Notes: generated by a model not told the origin, from the sequence alone. DNA of 64,000 nt from Eutreptiella sp. 'Long Island Sound 2002' (GCA_964036045.1 OZ038378.1:181474001-181538000), one strand, 5' to 3'; positions 39,200 to 50,980 are shown, counted from the first letter of the stretch. Program-made: numbers and translations.

Positions 39200-39669
39200 C
39201 TGACAGAAACCAACAGGGTGCAGCCCTGTTCCCGCGCTCCCCGGGCGAGGGCGGTTCTGCCCAGCCAAAAGAAACGATGCCGGCGTCCGCCACGTCCGGT
39301 CACGTGTGGTTGGAGCGCGGGACGGCGGGCGACGAACTGTGGGTGTCCTGACGGACCGCCCTGACTCGCGCAGAACGTTGATTTGAGACTCCACCCCAAC
39401 CGCCCGCGTGACGGATCAGGGTCGGCCAATGCCCCCGAAGGCCACAAAACCCGCAGCCAGTGCACGACACCGTATGGCTGACAACGTGGAAAATCCAGAG
39501 TGCCCCCCGCTCTCCTATGACGCGAATGAGAGGTCTTTGGTGACCGGGGCCCGCAGAGCGATCAATCAGCAACGTGCCCGTTGCCATTTCTATGCAGCTC
39601 CGCATGGGTTACTTACCATTTTTGTGGCAAAAACCCACGGAAGCACCAGCATTCGGGGGCAGGGCATAC

Positions 39670-39817
39670 AGCAACTCGGCTCCAGCACTGATCGGTCGCG
39701 TGGTATTGATGCAGATGATGGGCATCCCTAACTTATCATACTCAGTGCGCGTGGGCAGCACGACATTGGGCTCACGCGGAGTGCCCTTGGGGTCGTTAAT
39801 GAACTTCGTCTCATTGC
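39670..39817 (-). CDS. Tandem-SET protein, SET1 exon (GNETKFINDPKG..PNVV..RPISAGAELL)
   Basis: CAG acceptor, CT|GTATGC donor, 148 nt, phase 1 to 2. Confidence 0.87.
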
Positions 39818-40014
39818 CTGTGCCAAAGGGGGCACATGCGATGGACGCGTGTATCGCTGGTGCAGGCGTGGTGATGATGGAGGGGGGCACGAATCCGTAA
39901 AAGTGGTGGGTGCGGGGGGGATGCTCAGCGCCAGATGCGTCCAGACGGAGACTTATTTGGCAAGAGAGCTATTTGTTGCCTTTCGAAACCATGGGCAGGG
40001 TATTTATCAGCAGC

Positions 40015-40093
40015 GGACCGGTAGCTTAGTGGTTAGAGCGCCCGCTTGTTTGGATCATTGCGGGAGACGCGGGTTCAAGTCCTGCCCGAGTCC
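40015..40093 (+). tRNA. tRNA-like gene or pseudogene with 14-nt anticodon loop (anticodon ambiguous, GTT or TGG)
   Basis: A-box TAGCTTAGTGG, stem CCCGC/GCGGG, T-arm GCGGG-TTCAAGT-CCTGC, bulged acceptor stem, followed by T7. Confidence 0.55.
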
Positions 40094-40225
40094 TTTTTTT
40101 CCTCATGAATCGGTTTCCGTGAAAAAACCTGCGCCCAAAAATGCGTTCGATCCACAGATTGGACCCCTCCATTTGCCGTTGCTGGTAAACACAGGCCATA
40201 TTCTGCACGGATGCAATGTGATATA

Positions 40226-40300
40226 GCGACATGACTTTAGCTCAATGGCTCGAGCAGTCGCCGCTCGGGGCCGCAGGCGCTAATTCGATTCTCGCTCACT
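40226..40300 (+). pseudogene. Decayed tRNA-like sequence
   Basis: D-arm GCTC-AATGGCTC-GAGC and TTCGATTC remain; the other stems are broken. Confidence 0.35.
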
Positions 40301-40726
40301 GGCACAGAGTGCAGAGCTCCCAACAACGTAGTCTAGCCCGCGGTACTGGCTGCGGCTAAGCATACACGCGTCGATTTTTTTTGCACAATTCTCAGCGTTG
40401 TGATGGTGATGATCAGGTACCTGTCCGGTACCGGTTATGCATTTTACCAATAAATCAATCGTGGGTATCCAGAATGGCCGTTTCTGTGGTTATCGGCCCG
40501 GGGTTCCGTGACATTTCGACTCAAATCCCTGGTATCCTGACCTGTCTGTCATCCGCACAAGACCTGCTCATTGCTACGTCTTGTTGGGATGTGTGGGACA
40601 AGGATGTCGGCACTGTGCAGGGCAACAGGTGCGCCCCCCACATCCAAGCCTCTGTCCTCATGCGCAACTGTCCAAAAAGAGCAACGCAGCGCAGCGCCAG
40701 ACATCAGAGCAGAACACACCCCACCC

Positions 40727-40766
40727 CAACTCAACTCAGCGCTCAACTCAACTCAACTCAACTCAA
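40727..40766. repeat. (AACTC)n pentanucleotide microsatellite, intronic
   Basis: Directly visible. Confidence 0.85.
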
Positions 40767-40843
40767 CGCAGCGCCGGAAGATGCCCCAAAGCCGCACTTT
40801 CTGCCACAACAAAGAGTTGGTGGTGATGGAGAGGCAGACACAC

Positions 40844-40924
40844 CTGCAGTGGCGCCGTCCACGTGGAACGACAACGAACGTTTGCTGATGGGCAGTGTGG
40901 CCAAATAATTGGAGCTCTCATCCA
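40844..40924 (-). CDS. Tandem-SET protein, SET1 exon (DESSNYLATLPISKRSLSFHVDGATA)
   Basis: CAG acceptor, G|GTGTGT donor, 81 nt, phase 1-1. Yields VDGATAG|NETKFIND. Confidence 0.85.
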
Positions 40925-41155
40925 CTGACATGCAGAGAGAATCAAAAATGCAGCGCCAGAGGCGTGATCGGTGGCACCAAATGCATGCAGACCAACTGCA
41001 CTCCATCCTGAGCATTTTGTCAGATGTAAAACTTACCTGGTGTCGGCATGAAAACAATTTGGGGCCGTTGGCGCCATGACCCCGACCCCTTCCCCCGAAC
41101 CGATGTGCACCCCGACTTTTGGGCGCTTGGCCAGAATTGAGCACTTCGGACATAC

Positions 41156-41291
41156 CGGTATCCACTGTATGCACAATTCCGGTGTAGATCCCCACATGGG
41201 CTCCTGCAGGGAAACCATCTTTTCCTGCAAACAGTCCGTACTGGCCTAAACATGGATGATCTTTTGGTGTTCGGATGAGCTGGATCACCAC
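41156..41291 (-). CDS. Tandem-SET protein, SET1 first exon (VVIQLIRTPKDHPCLGQYGLFAGKD..GIYTGIVHTVDT)
   Basis: CAG acceptor, G|GTATGT donor, 136 nt. SET GxGLFA..G.YTG motif. Confidence 0.87.
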
Positions 41292-41350
41292 CTGCATGGA
41301 ATGTGTAACACAGGATGCATGAGTGACAGCTGGACAGAAACAAGCAATTT

Positions 41351-41423
41351 AGGCCCCGGCGGGGTTCGAACCCGCGACCTCACGCTTACTGGGCGTGCGC
41401 TACTACCACTGAGCTACAGAGCC
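41351..41423 (-). tRNA. trnT: tRNA-Thr(AGT), intronic, same strand as host gene
   Basis: Cloverleaf GGCTCTG/CGGGGCC, anticodon arm CACGC-CCAGTAA-GCGTG, T-arm GCGGG-TTCGAAC-CCCGC. Atypical C33, extra base in the D-arm, no oligo-T terminator. Confidence 0.8.
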
Positions 41424-41750
41424 GTTGTTGCGTCATGTGTCACTGGTAAGACCATTTAATTGAGCCCTGCCACCATTGGAATTTAAGTTGTGGGGAGCCA
41501 ATTTCCGCCCCATATGACTTAGGGAAAGCCGCATCGTAAATCCAGGCAGATGTGCAGAGATTTACAGGACAGCCGTGAAATCGCGACATACAGCCAATAC
41601 TGCTGGGATGCTAAGCAGCCCTGCATCCACCATTATCGACATCTCCGTCATTTAAGCAGATGGAGTGTACCAGAAACCAGTCCCCCCCCCCCCTGGCCTC
41701 TGCGATTTGTTACAATCTTTTTGATGTGGTGGGTTTTACAAAACAGTTAC

Positions 41751-42461
41751 GTCGGTTTTCCATATCCACGTGAAGCGCCAATCACATGTGGGATTTTCAT
41801 TCTGTTCCATTTGTGGGAGACTCTCCACCACTCTCTTTCGCACATTCCCACCCTCTCGAACATGGCAGCCCAGCAGGAACCAACGTCTAAACGCGCGAAC
41901 CCTGCAGTCCTGCCCAACAACACACTGGCTGAAATGCTCCGGAAGAACGCAGGCTCCGTTATTGCATTCGTAGACTGTGCTATCATCAGACATTGGCCAA
42001 TTCCAGAATGAGCCTAAGCACCACGGGTCATCAGCAGAACACTGATCCCACTCCAGTTGCTCGGGCGCCTCACCATTGATGCCAGCACCGATTTGGGTGT
42101 AGACTGCGTTGTGATATTTGCATCCTCTGCTGAATGGACCCGGAGTCTCGGGCGGATGGTGTAACAGAGTAACTTTTGCACTTGGGGGGGGTGACCCACT
42201 GTCCTGGTGTGCACCCTGTAACACCAGGTCCCAGGAAAAGCAACACCAGGTTCCTACAGATACAGAGGACATGGCACCGACACCCAGGCCTTTACGCCAC
42301 GAGCGCTGCTTGCCGCCTGTGAAGGGGGGGGGATGCGCGACAAAGGTGGAGGCGGCTTGCCGGTTGGTACTTCCGTGCTTCCGGGCTGTGCGCAGCTGCT
42401 GGTGAATGCGGGTCCAGTGATCTGTCCTGCTGCTCACAGCACTTGGGGGGGGGGGGGTGAC
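41751..42461 (-). CDS. Tandem-SET protein, exon with Cys-rich pre-SET-like region (VTPPPPSAVSSRTDHW...YECNNGAC..EHFSQC...WRFTWIWKTD)
   Basis: TAG acceptor at 42464-42462, GAC|GTAACT donor, 237 codons, phase 0-0. May hide a small in-frame intron near 42.2 kb. Confidence 0.7.
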
Positions 42462-42719
42462 CTAATTAAAAAACAGACAAATGCAAACCACTTGGGGGGG
42501 GGGGGGGTTCGGCCCTCAAAAGTAACTCGCGAAGTATACCAGTACCTTCACTGGTGCTGACACAAGAGCAACATTCTGTGAGGGGAAAAATGCCTGCTGC
42601 CATTCCCTCATGTGCCAGAGAAGAACACACCGTCACTCGAACCAGATCCCGAGACCAGCTGCAACCTGGACGCCCCCCGCTCTGTTTGTTGGTCTGCGCC
42701 TCCCGTGCAAAACCCACAC

Positions 42720-42967
42720 CTGCGTATTGTACACCAGTTTGTTGTATAGTTTGATCAAAGGCGTGGGGTACAGGTATGTGAACGTGTGCTTTGGGGGCCT
42801 CTCCGTCTGGGGCACTGTGTGCAGCAGCTCCTTCACTGTGATGGTCATCTGGTGCACAACTTCGTCAGAGTCCGCCACCTCGTCATCCTCGTCCTCCAAC
42901 AATTGAATGACCATGGGCACCGTGTGACTGCGCAGCGTTTCCAGCGTCTTCTCCGCCTTCACTTGCA
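42720..42967 (-). CDS. Tandem-SET protein, upstream exon (QVKAEKTLETLRSH..LEDEDDE..LVYNTQ)
   Basis: CAG acceptor, CAG|GTGTGG donor, phase 1 to 0. Confidence 0.72.
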
Positions 42968-44399
42968 CTGAGAGGCACAAGCGGCATGGCGGTTGCACAG
43001 AGGCTCCATACAGACATGTACAGAGCACAGCAGACGGATGGGGCACTGCCCTGGTGGGCGCGGATGATTGGGGGGGCGGGCTCGTCCGAGGGGCTAGTGC
43101 ACAGGGGCATCAGAGGAAGGCGGTATGCGCACCGAGCATAACCACGAACCCTGACAAGTGCAGCTGGCAGACAAGCGGTGTGGACGACTGAAACTTGCAA
43201 AACAAAGCCACCCAGCAAGAGCTGGAACCTTTCAGTCAGAGGCAGATTAATTCGGCATCTTGCTTTTTGCGGCTGGCACCCTCCAGGGCACCTACTCAGG
43301 GGAGGCAGGGGGGGGGGGGGGCGCCCCCTCCACATCCGTCCGGGGTGTTTGGATCTGTATTTGGATTTGGATTTGGGGCCCATCTCAGAATGCCCACAGT
43401 GATGCGCGGTGGTGCTCGCAACGAGACTGCATATCCGCCGGCCATGCCATACTATGCACTCCCACAGCTCTCGATGGACCCTCCTGTTGCGCCCTCCGCA
43501 TTCCCGGGTTAGGTGGCTTTGCCAGGCCGCACCCCGTGCCGTTGTCGGGGTGCTCCGGACCTGTGGCCACCACTCTCTGGCGCGCTGTCCCTTGCCCCTG
43601 CTCACGTTCCTGCACTACCCCTGCCCTCGCTCCTTTCTCTCCCCATGCCCCTGCCCATGCCCCCCCCTCGGCCCCTACTCCCACACCCACCGTGGCGCCT
43701 ACTCCTATCCTCACCCCGACCCGATTGGTCATGCCATCACGATGTGCGGCGGCACCCTGCTGTGCTGTGCAGCAGGCATTGTGTGACCATCGTGTGACGC
43801 TGCGCTGCAGTCACCCCGTCACAACCCCTCGCACAGCCCCTCGCACTACCCCTACCACAACCCCTGCATGCACCGGCCATTGCCCCTACCACCGTAACCC
43901 ACACACCTCCCCCTTGGCCCACTTTGCGGTGGTTCCCCAACGCAGAGGCGCACTGGGTTTTGCCAAAGGAAGGCTGCTCACCTTCCTTGGAACGACCCAC
44001 ACGTTCCGCCAAAACACCCCCCCCCCCCCACACAGCACACCGACCCCCCTTCCCCTGCAAAAGAACACACACAACACCCAAGAACCTCCGGGGGCGAGAG
44101 TCGGGACCTGCCCCCATGCGCCCCGGGCCATGAAATGACATGGCCCCGCAAACGATGCCTCATTACATCATTGAGCAACCCCCCCCCCCCCCGGCCAAAA
44201 GCCTGTGGTGAGGCCGAACCCCCCCCCCCCCCAAGCAGCCGGGCGCCAACATCCTCCTGGTGAGGCGCTCACGGCGTCCGGGGGTCGCCAAAAGCCTATG
44301 GTGAGGTGTCCCCCTTCGCCTAGCACCCACCGGACTCCAACAACCTCCTAATGTGGCGCTGGTGGCGTTACAGGGACGCCGAGAGTCTGTGGTGAGGCG

Positions 44400-47300
44400 T
44401 CCCTGCAGCCCTTGCCCCCCCTGCGCAGCCTCACGCTGCGCCCCTGCGCAGCCCCATGCTTCGCCCCGGCTCAGTCCCACTCTGCACCCCTAGAGCAGCC
44501 GCACGCTGCGCCCCTGTGCAGCCCCACACCGCGCACCTTGCGCAGCTGCAAGATACGCCGTAGCGCAGCTGCATGCTGCGCTCCAGCGCAGCCGCATGCT
44601 GCGCTCCAGCGCAGCCGCATGCTGCACCCATGCGCAGCCCCACGCTGCGCCCCAATACAGCCGCATGCTGCACCCATGCGCAGTTCCACACCGCGCCCCT
44701 GCACAGCCGCATGCTGCGCCCATGCGCAGCCCCACACCACGCCCCTTGCGCAGCCGCAAGCTACGCCCCAGCGCAGCCGCATGCTGCGCCCCTGCGCAGC
44801 CCCACGCTGCGCCCATGCGCAAGCGCATGCTACGACTAGGCGCAATTCTCCGCCGCGGCCCTACGCAGCCGCATGCTGCGCTCATGCGCAGTTCCACGCT
44901 GCGCTCCAACCCAGCCGCATGCTGTGCCCCTGCGCAACCCCACGTTGCGCCTTGGCGCAGCCCCACGCTGCGCTCCAGCGCAGCCGCATGCTGCGCCCCT
45001 GCGCAACCCCACGCTGCACCCCTTGCGCAGCCGCATGCTGCGTCCCTGTGCAACCCCACGCTGTGCTCCTTGCGCAGCCGCATGCTGCGCGCCTGCGCGG
45101 CCCCGTACTGCGCCCCTGCGCAGCGTGCAGTTGCGCATGGGCGCACCATGCGGCTGCGCAAGGGGCGCGGTGTGGGGCTGAGCCGGGGCAAAGCCTGCCG
45201 CTGTGCAGGGGCGCAGCTCTCCGGCGCAGCCACATGCTGCGCCCCTGCACAGCCCGACGCGGCGCCCCTTCCGCAGCCGCTGCGCCCCAGCGCGGCCCGA
45301 GGTTGCGCCAATGCACAGTTCCACGCTGCACCCCTCTGCAGCCCCATGCTGTGCCCATGCGCAGAGTTCCACGCTGCGCCCCTGCGCTGCGCGCCAGCGC
45401 AGCCGCATGCTATGCTCCAGCGCAGCCGCATGCTGCGCCCCTGCGCCACCCCACACTGCCCCCTTTGCGCAGCCGCATGCTGCGCCCCTGTGCGGCCCCG
45501 CACTGCACCCTAGCACAGTCCCACGCTGCGCCCCAACGCAGCCACATGCTGCGCCCCTGCGCAGTCCCACGCTGGGCCCCAGCGCAGCCCCATTCTGCGC
45601 CCCTTGCTCAGCCACACGCTGCGCCCCTTCTGCAGCCGCTGTGCCCCAGCGCAGTGCCCCAGCGCAGCTCCTCGCTGCCCCCTGCACAGCCCCATGCTGC
45701 GCCCCTTGCGCATCCCCATGGTGCGACCATGCGCAGTTCCACGCTGCGCTCCAGCCCAGCCGCATGCTGCGCCCCCGCGCAACCCCACGCTGCGCCCCTT
45801 GCGCAGCCGCACGTTGCGCTGCAACGCGGTCCCACACCGCGACCTAGCGCCGCTGCATACTGCGCGCCTGCGCAGCCCCGTACTGTGCTCCTGCGTAGTC
45901 CCACGTTGCGCCCCTAGCTCAGCCACACGCTGCGCCCCTTCTGCAGCCGCTGCGCCCCAGCGCGGCCCCATGCTTCACCCATGCGCAGTTCTTTTCCACA
46001 CTGCGCCCCTGCACAGCCCCATGCTTCGCCCCGGCTCAGTCCCACACCGCGCCCCATGCGCAGCCGCATCCCAGCCCCAAACTGCGCCCATGCATAGCCG
46101 CATGCTGCGCCCATGCGCAGCCGCATGCTGCGCCCCTGCACAACCACATGCTGTGCTTCTGCACAGCCGCATGTTGCGCCCCTGCACAACCGCATGCTGT
46201 GCTTCTACACAGCCGCATGCTGCGCCCATGCGCAGTTCCACACTGCGCCCATGCGCAGCCACATGCTGCGCCCCTGCACAGCCGCATGCTGCGCCCATGC
46301 GCAGTTCCGTGCTGCGCCACAGCGCACCCGCATGCCGCGCTCTAGCGCGGCCCTGTACTGCGCCCCCGCACAGTCCTACGTTGCGCCCCAACGCAGCAAC
46401 ATGCTGCTCTCCAGCGTAGCCCCATGCTGCGCCCCTGCGCAGCCCCACGCGGCGCCCCTTCCGCAGCCGCTGCGCTTGAGCGGCCCGAGGCTGCGCCAAT
46501 GCGCAGTTCCACGCTGCACCCTTGCGCAGCCGCGTACTGCGCCCCTATACAGCCGCATGCTGTGTCCATGCGCAGCCGCGTACTGCGCCCATATGCAGCC
46601 GCATGTTGCACCTGTGCGCAGCCATATGCTGCGCCCTTGCGCAGCCGCATGCTGCGCCCATGCGCAATTCCACTCTGCGCCCCAGCGCAGCTGCATGCTA
46701 CAACCCAGCGCAGCCGCATACTGCGCCCCTGCGCCACCCCACACTGCCCCCTTTGCGCAGCCGCATGCTGCGCCCCTGTGCGGCCCCGCACTGCACCCTA
46801 GCACAGTCCCACGCTGCACCCCAACGCAGCCACATGCTGCGCCCCTGCGCAGTCCCACGCTGGGCCCCATTTTCAGGGGGGGGGGGAAATGCGGTCGCCG
46901 GGATTGGCAAAAAATGCGGAAAAATGCGGAAAAAATGCGGAAAATGCGGCAAAAAATGCGATAGAAAATGCGGTTTTGTTAGAATGGTGTTTGCCCCTCG
47001 AAACCCCTATGTTTCGTCTCGTCTTGCACAATTGGGCGCTCAAAGCATGGACGGTTCGATGGAACAACTTAGTGCAGTAGTTCAACTCAAGAATATCACG
47101 GACTAGGCTCAAAACCGCTAGGGGCAGAAGCTGCAGCTGCTTGGTCAGGCCAGACCGCTGAATCTCCGCGCCGCATCAGGTGCTCCCCCATTGACCCAAA
47201 CCGCCGGGCTCCCCGGGGGGGGGGGGGGATACCCCAACATACATACCTCAAAATGATCCCCATGACACGCTGTTCATTTTGAATATACACAACTGGGGAA

Positions 47301-48850
47301 AAATTTTTTCAAAAAATATTTGCCCATCAACTCACGCTCCCATCAGCGAAGGTCCGACCCGGAGGTCGGGTCGGGGTCAATGTCCTTTTTTGTGTTTTTC
47401 ATCCATTTTTGAATTCTCCACAAAATTCTGAGTATTTTGAGCATAGACACATAGAGTCAAACAAAAAAATTTCCCCCTGCCATCTGCCTAAAAAAATCTC
47501 CGGCGCCTCCGGCGCCCACAAAACCCATTGATCTTCACAACTAACTGACTACAAGACAATGCCACTAGAATGTTTCCTCTTGAACATTACACTAAGGGAC
47601 CTGCCCAAAAAATGCGAAAAAAAATGCGGAAAATGCGGAAAAATGCGAATCGCATATTTCCCCCCCCCCTGCATTTTGCGCCCATTGCTCAGCCACACGC
47701 TGCGCCCCTTCCGCAGCCGCTGTGCCCCAGCGCAGCTCCTCGCTGCCCCCTGCACAGCCCCATCTTGGGCCCATGCGCAGCCCTGCGCTTTGCCCCTGCT
47801 CAGTCCCATGCAGCACCCCTTGCGCTACCGCTGCGCCCCTGCGCACTCTCACGCCGCGCCCCAGCGCAGCTCGACGCTGCACGCCTGCGCAGCCCTTGCC
47901 CCCCTTGTGTCGCCTCACATTACGCCCCTGCGTAGCCCCACACTGTGCCCCAGCGCAGCCCCATGCTACGCCCCTTGCGCAGCCTCGCGATTCGCCCCGG
48001 CTCAGTCCCACACTCCGCCCCTAGCGCAGCCACACGCTGCGCCTCTGCGCAGCCCCACACCGCGCCCCTTGCGCAGCTGCAAGCTACGCCCCAGTGCAGC
48101 TGCATGCTACGCCCCTGCGCGGCCCCACACTGTGCCCATGCGCAGCCGCATGTTGCGGCCCAGCGTAGCCCTGCGCTTTGCCCCGGCTCAGTCCCACGCA
48201 GCGCCCCTTGCCCAACCGCTGCGCCCCTGCGCAGTCTCACGCTGCGTCCCAGCGCAGCCGCACGTTGCACGCCTGTGCAGCCCTGTGCTTCGCCCCTGCT
48301 CGGTGCCACGCTGTACCCCAGCCCAGCTCCAGGTTGTGCCCATGCGCAGCCACATGCTGTGCCCCTGCACAGTCCCACGCTGCGTCCCAGCGCAGCCGCA
48401 TGCTGTGCCCCTGCGCGGCCCCACACTGTGCCCCTACGCAGTCCCACGCTGCAACCCAGTGCAGCCCCACGCAGCGCCCTTGCGCAGCCGCATGCTGCGC
48501 CCCTGCGCGGCCCCGTGCTGCACCCCAGCACAGTCCCACGCTGGCCCCTTGCGCAGCCGCTGCGCCACAGCGCAGGCGCATGCTGCGCCCCAGCGCAGCC
48601 ACACGCTGCGCCCCTTGCGCAGCTGCTGCGCCCCAGCACAGCTCTAGGCAGCGCCCCAATGCAGCTCCATGCTGCACCCCTTGCGCAGCCGCATGCTGTG
48701 CCCCTACACAGTCCCACGCTGCGCCCCTGCACAGCCGCTGCATCCCAGCACAGTCCCTGACTACGCCCATGTGTGGTGGCTCCGCACCGCGCCCGTGCGC
48801 TGTGCCACGCTGCGCCCACGTGCATCCCTGCGCTGCGCCCCTTGTGCAGC
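44400..48850. repeat. GC-rich degenerate satellite built on GCGCAGC-CGCAT-GCTGCGC hairpins, split by a MITE
   Basis: Core tgcgcagccgcatgctgcgccc recurs throughout 44400-46867 and 47678-48850. Confidence 0.9.
46874..47671. mobile_element. MITE-like element, family C, with 6-bp target duplication
   Basis: TIR CAG(G)nAAATGCG / CGCATATTT(C)nTG. Flanked by CATTTT (46868-46873 and 47672-47677). Subterminal AAAATGCGG repeats. Confidence 0.8.
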
Positions 48851-50170
48851 CCCGCGCACCCCCGACCCCCCAAGAAACACACCACCAGCACACCAACGAA
48901 AACCCCCCCCTCCCCCCCAAACACAAAATTTTTACGGCCAGTGACAGCCCCCGGTGGCGCGGGCTGTGCTGTCACTCGCTGCCCGCTTCGGCCCACGCTG
49001 GCGGGACCGAGTAAACCGCCCTGTGGACGGTTGGGGGCTGCAATTTTTTGGCGGCCCCCCTTCGGCTTTGCCGTCGCCTCAGGCAGGCCAACCAGAATCC
49101 AGAATCCAGAATCCCCTTGGCCCACTGCCTGTGCTTCAGCCCCTGCCCCTGCCCCTGCACCGCCTCAGGGAGGGAGGGAGGGAGAGAGGGATGGCGTCCC
49201 CGACGACTCTGTTGACGGACTGGCCTTGCCATTGGAGATGCACACCCCAGGCCTCCGACAGACCTTCCCCATGTTTCCCTTGGGCGGTGCCAGCACCCGG
49301 CAGGGTGAAAAACTGCATGAGCAGGTTGCGCACGGGCCCATTCACTAGGCCATTATTGGTGGAAACGGTCATTTCGCGTCTTTAGCACAGGTTTTGACCA
49401 GCCCTCGGCAAGGCTATAGACTGCAAAAAACGTCCTTCCGTATCCTAGTAGGCATATACTGCCACAACATCCCCACTCACACCCCTCAGAGTGGGTAGCA
49501 CGGGGTCACCGAGGTCGCCAAAACCGCCAACATAGCAAAAATGGCTGAAAACTGCATAAACTGCATAAGTGCTCTTCCCACTCCGCCCCATACAAAACCC
49601 ATGGAGTCGGGACCCGGAAACACTTTTTCAACTCAAAATTGAAAAAAAACCAAAAGATTCATGATTTTCGCCCCAACAAAAGGGGGGGGGTCATATTTTT
49701 GACCCCCCCCCCCTCCACCTCCCTCAAAAGCTAACAAAAGTGGGTTTCAAATTGGGGGGGATCTAGGGGGGTCCAGACCAAAAACTCATTGGGGGATGCG
49801 TTTATTGGACAAAATAATGATTTTACAAGGAGTTAAACTAACAATTCAACCCCTTGAGGTAGGGTACGGGAATAGCCCCAAAAAGGCCCAAAAGAGGGGG
49901 GGGGGGTATGTGGCGTTTTCCCCTATATACAGGCCTTCGTGGCTTTGATCTAACAACCTCTGCGAGGTGATTTGAGGCACGTAAAATTTGCACTGCGCAG
50001 GAGACATTCTACCAAAGACAACCTTTTTGGTCCCCATATTTTTCGGGGTTGCACTTTCTCACTATGGCCCTTTATGTTTTTTGTGACCAGTCACAAAAAA
50101 AAATCCCCCCTCCCCCCTGAAACCCGGACCCCCCAAGTGGCCAAAATTAGATCCATCCCTGGTTTAAGGA

Positions 50171-50300
50171 GGTTGTCAAAGCGGTTGTGGGCGGTTGCTG
50201 AACTGGCACTTGCCGTCAGGGAGACAGTGGCGGGGTGTAGGCTGGGCGCCCTGGAAGTGGGGGGTCCCCCCCCCCCCCTCTCCAATGCATCCCTGCCGTC
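50171..50300. repeat. Dispersed repeat family E copy
   Basis: Shares ctggcacttg(c/g)cgtcagggagacagtggc..gcgccctgga..gcatccctg with 59944-60095. Confidence 0.75.
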
Positions 50301-50639
50301 CAGTGTGCAGTGTCATATCGTTTGTGGGACCCAGCATCATATCGTTTGTGGGACCTGCATTTGTTGGCCGAGGCAGTTCTGGGGTGGGTGAACTTTGCTG
50401 GTGAGACTGGAATGTGTGTCCCACAGCTTACAGTTGCAGCCTGCTGCCCCTGTGGCACCCACTCCCCTGCCAGTGCTGGGAGGCCGCACATGCAGTCACC
50501 AGACCGTGAACAAGATGGGAGGTGCTCTCCACCATGATCATGATGATGTGGGATGGGTAACACAGCGCCAGAGGGGTCTGGACCCCCAAGTGGTACACAT
50601 CAACAGTGCGCTGCAGTTCCAGCCACAGGCATTTTGACC

Positions 50640-50980
50640 GTGGGTGTTGCTGGTGTTGCACCCCGTGTGCCGGATTTCGGGCGGCCCCTGGTCTGCAGAG
50701 TATTCAGCGGGGAGGGGGGTGGGGGGAGCCATCAAAGGTGGAGCAGGTGTGCCGGTTGGTACTTTGGGTTTCATGCACTTGGACCAGCCTGCAGCGATGG
50801 GGGGAGGGAGGGCGTCCTGGATCACCATGTTGCGCACCGGTGGTGCGCTGCATGTCCAGGCCTGGGGCCTTTTGTCGAAACGCGATGGGGGGCTCGGCGC
50901 TGTGGTCCGTGGGCAAAGTCGTCTGGCCGCCTGTGCGGGAGTGGCCGGGATTCGGGATGGGGGGTGGGGAATCCTTCGCC
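50640..50980 (-). CDS. Probable Pro-rich exon; frame and 3' end uncertain
   Basis: Follows a 34-nt GT-AG intron in phase 1 (RRIPHPPSRIPATP...PPEIRHTG). Confidence 0.45.

Noticed and set aside
41424-41750. snRNA or 7SL gene divergent from the tRNA, as in trypanosomes
   Set aside because: No recognisable snRNA motif or terminator was found by eye. An Rfam search would be needed.
42968-43190. Upstream exon with a GC-AG intron (43049-42968)
   Set aside because: The phase fits, but the donor is weak and the translation has no recognisable motif. Left unannotated.
44412-49125. Long Ala/Pro/Cys/Arg-rich ORFs on both strands (up to 501 aa)
   Set aside because: These are translations of the GC-rich hairpin satellite, open in many frames at once.
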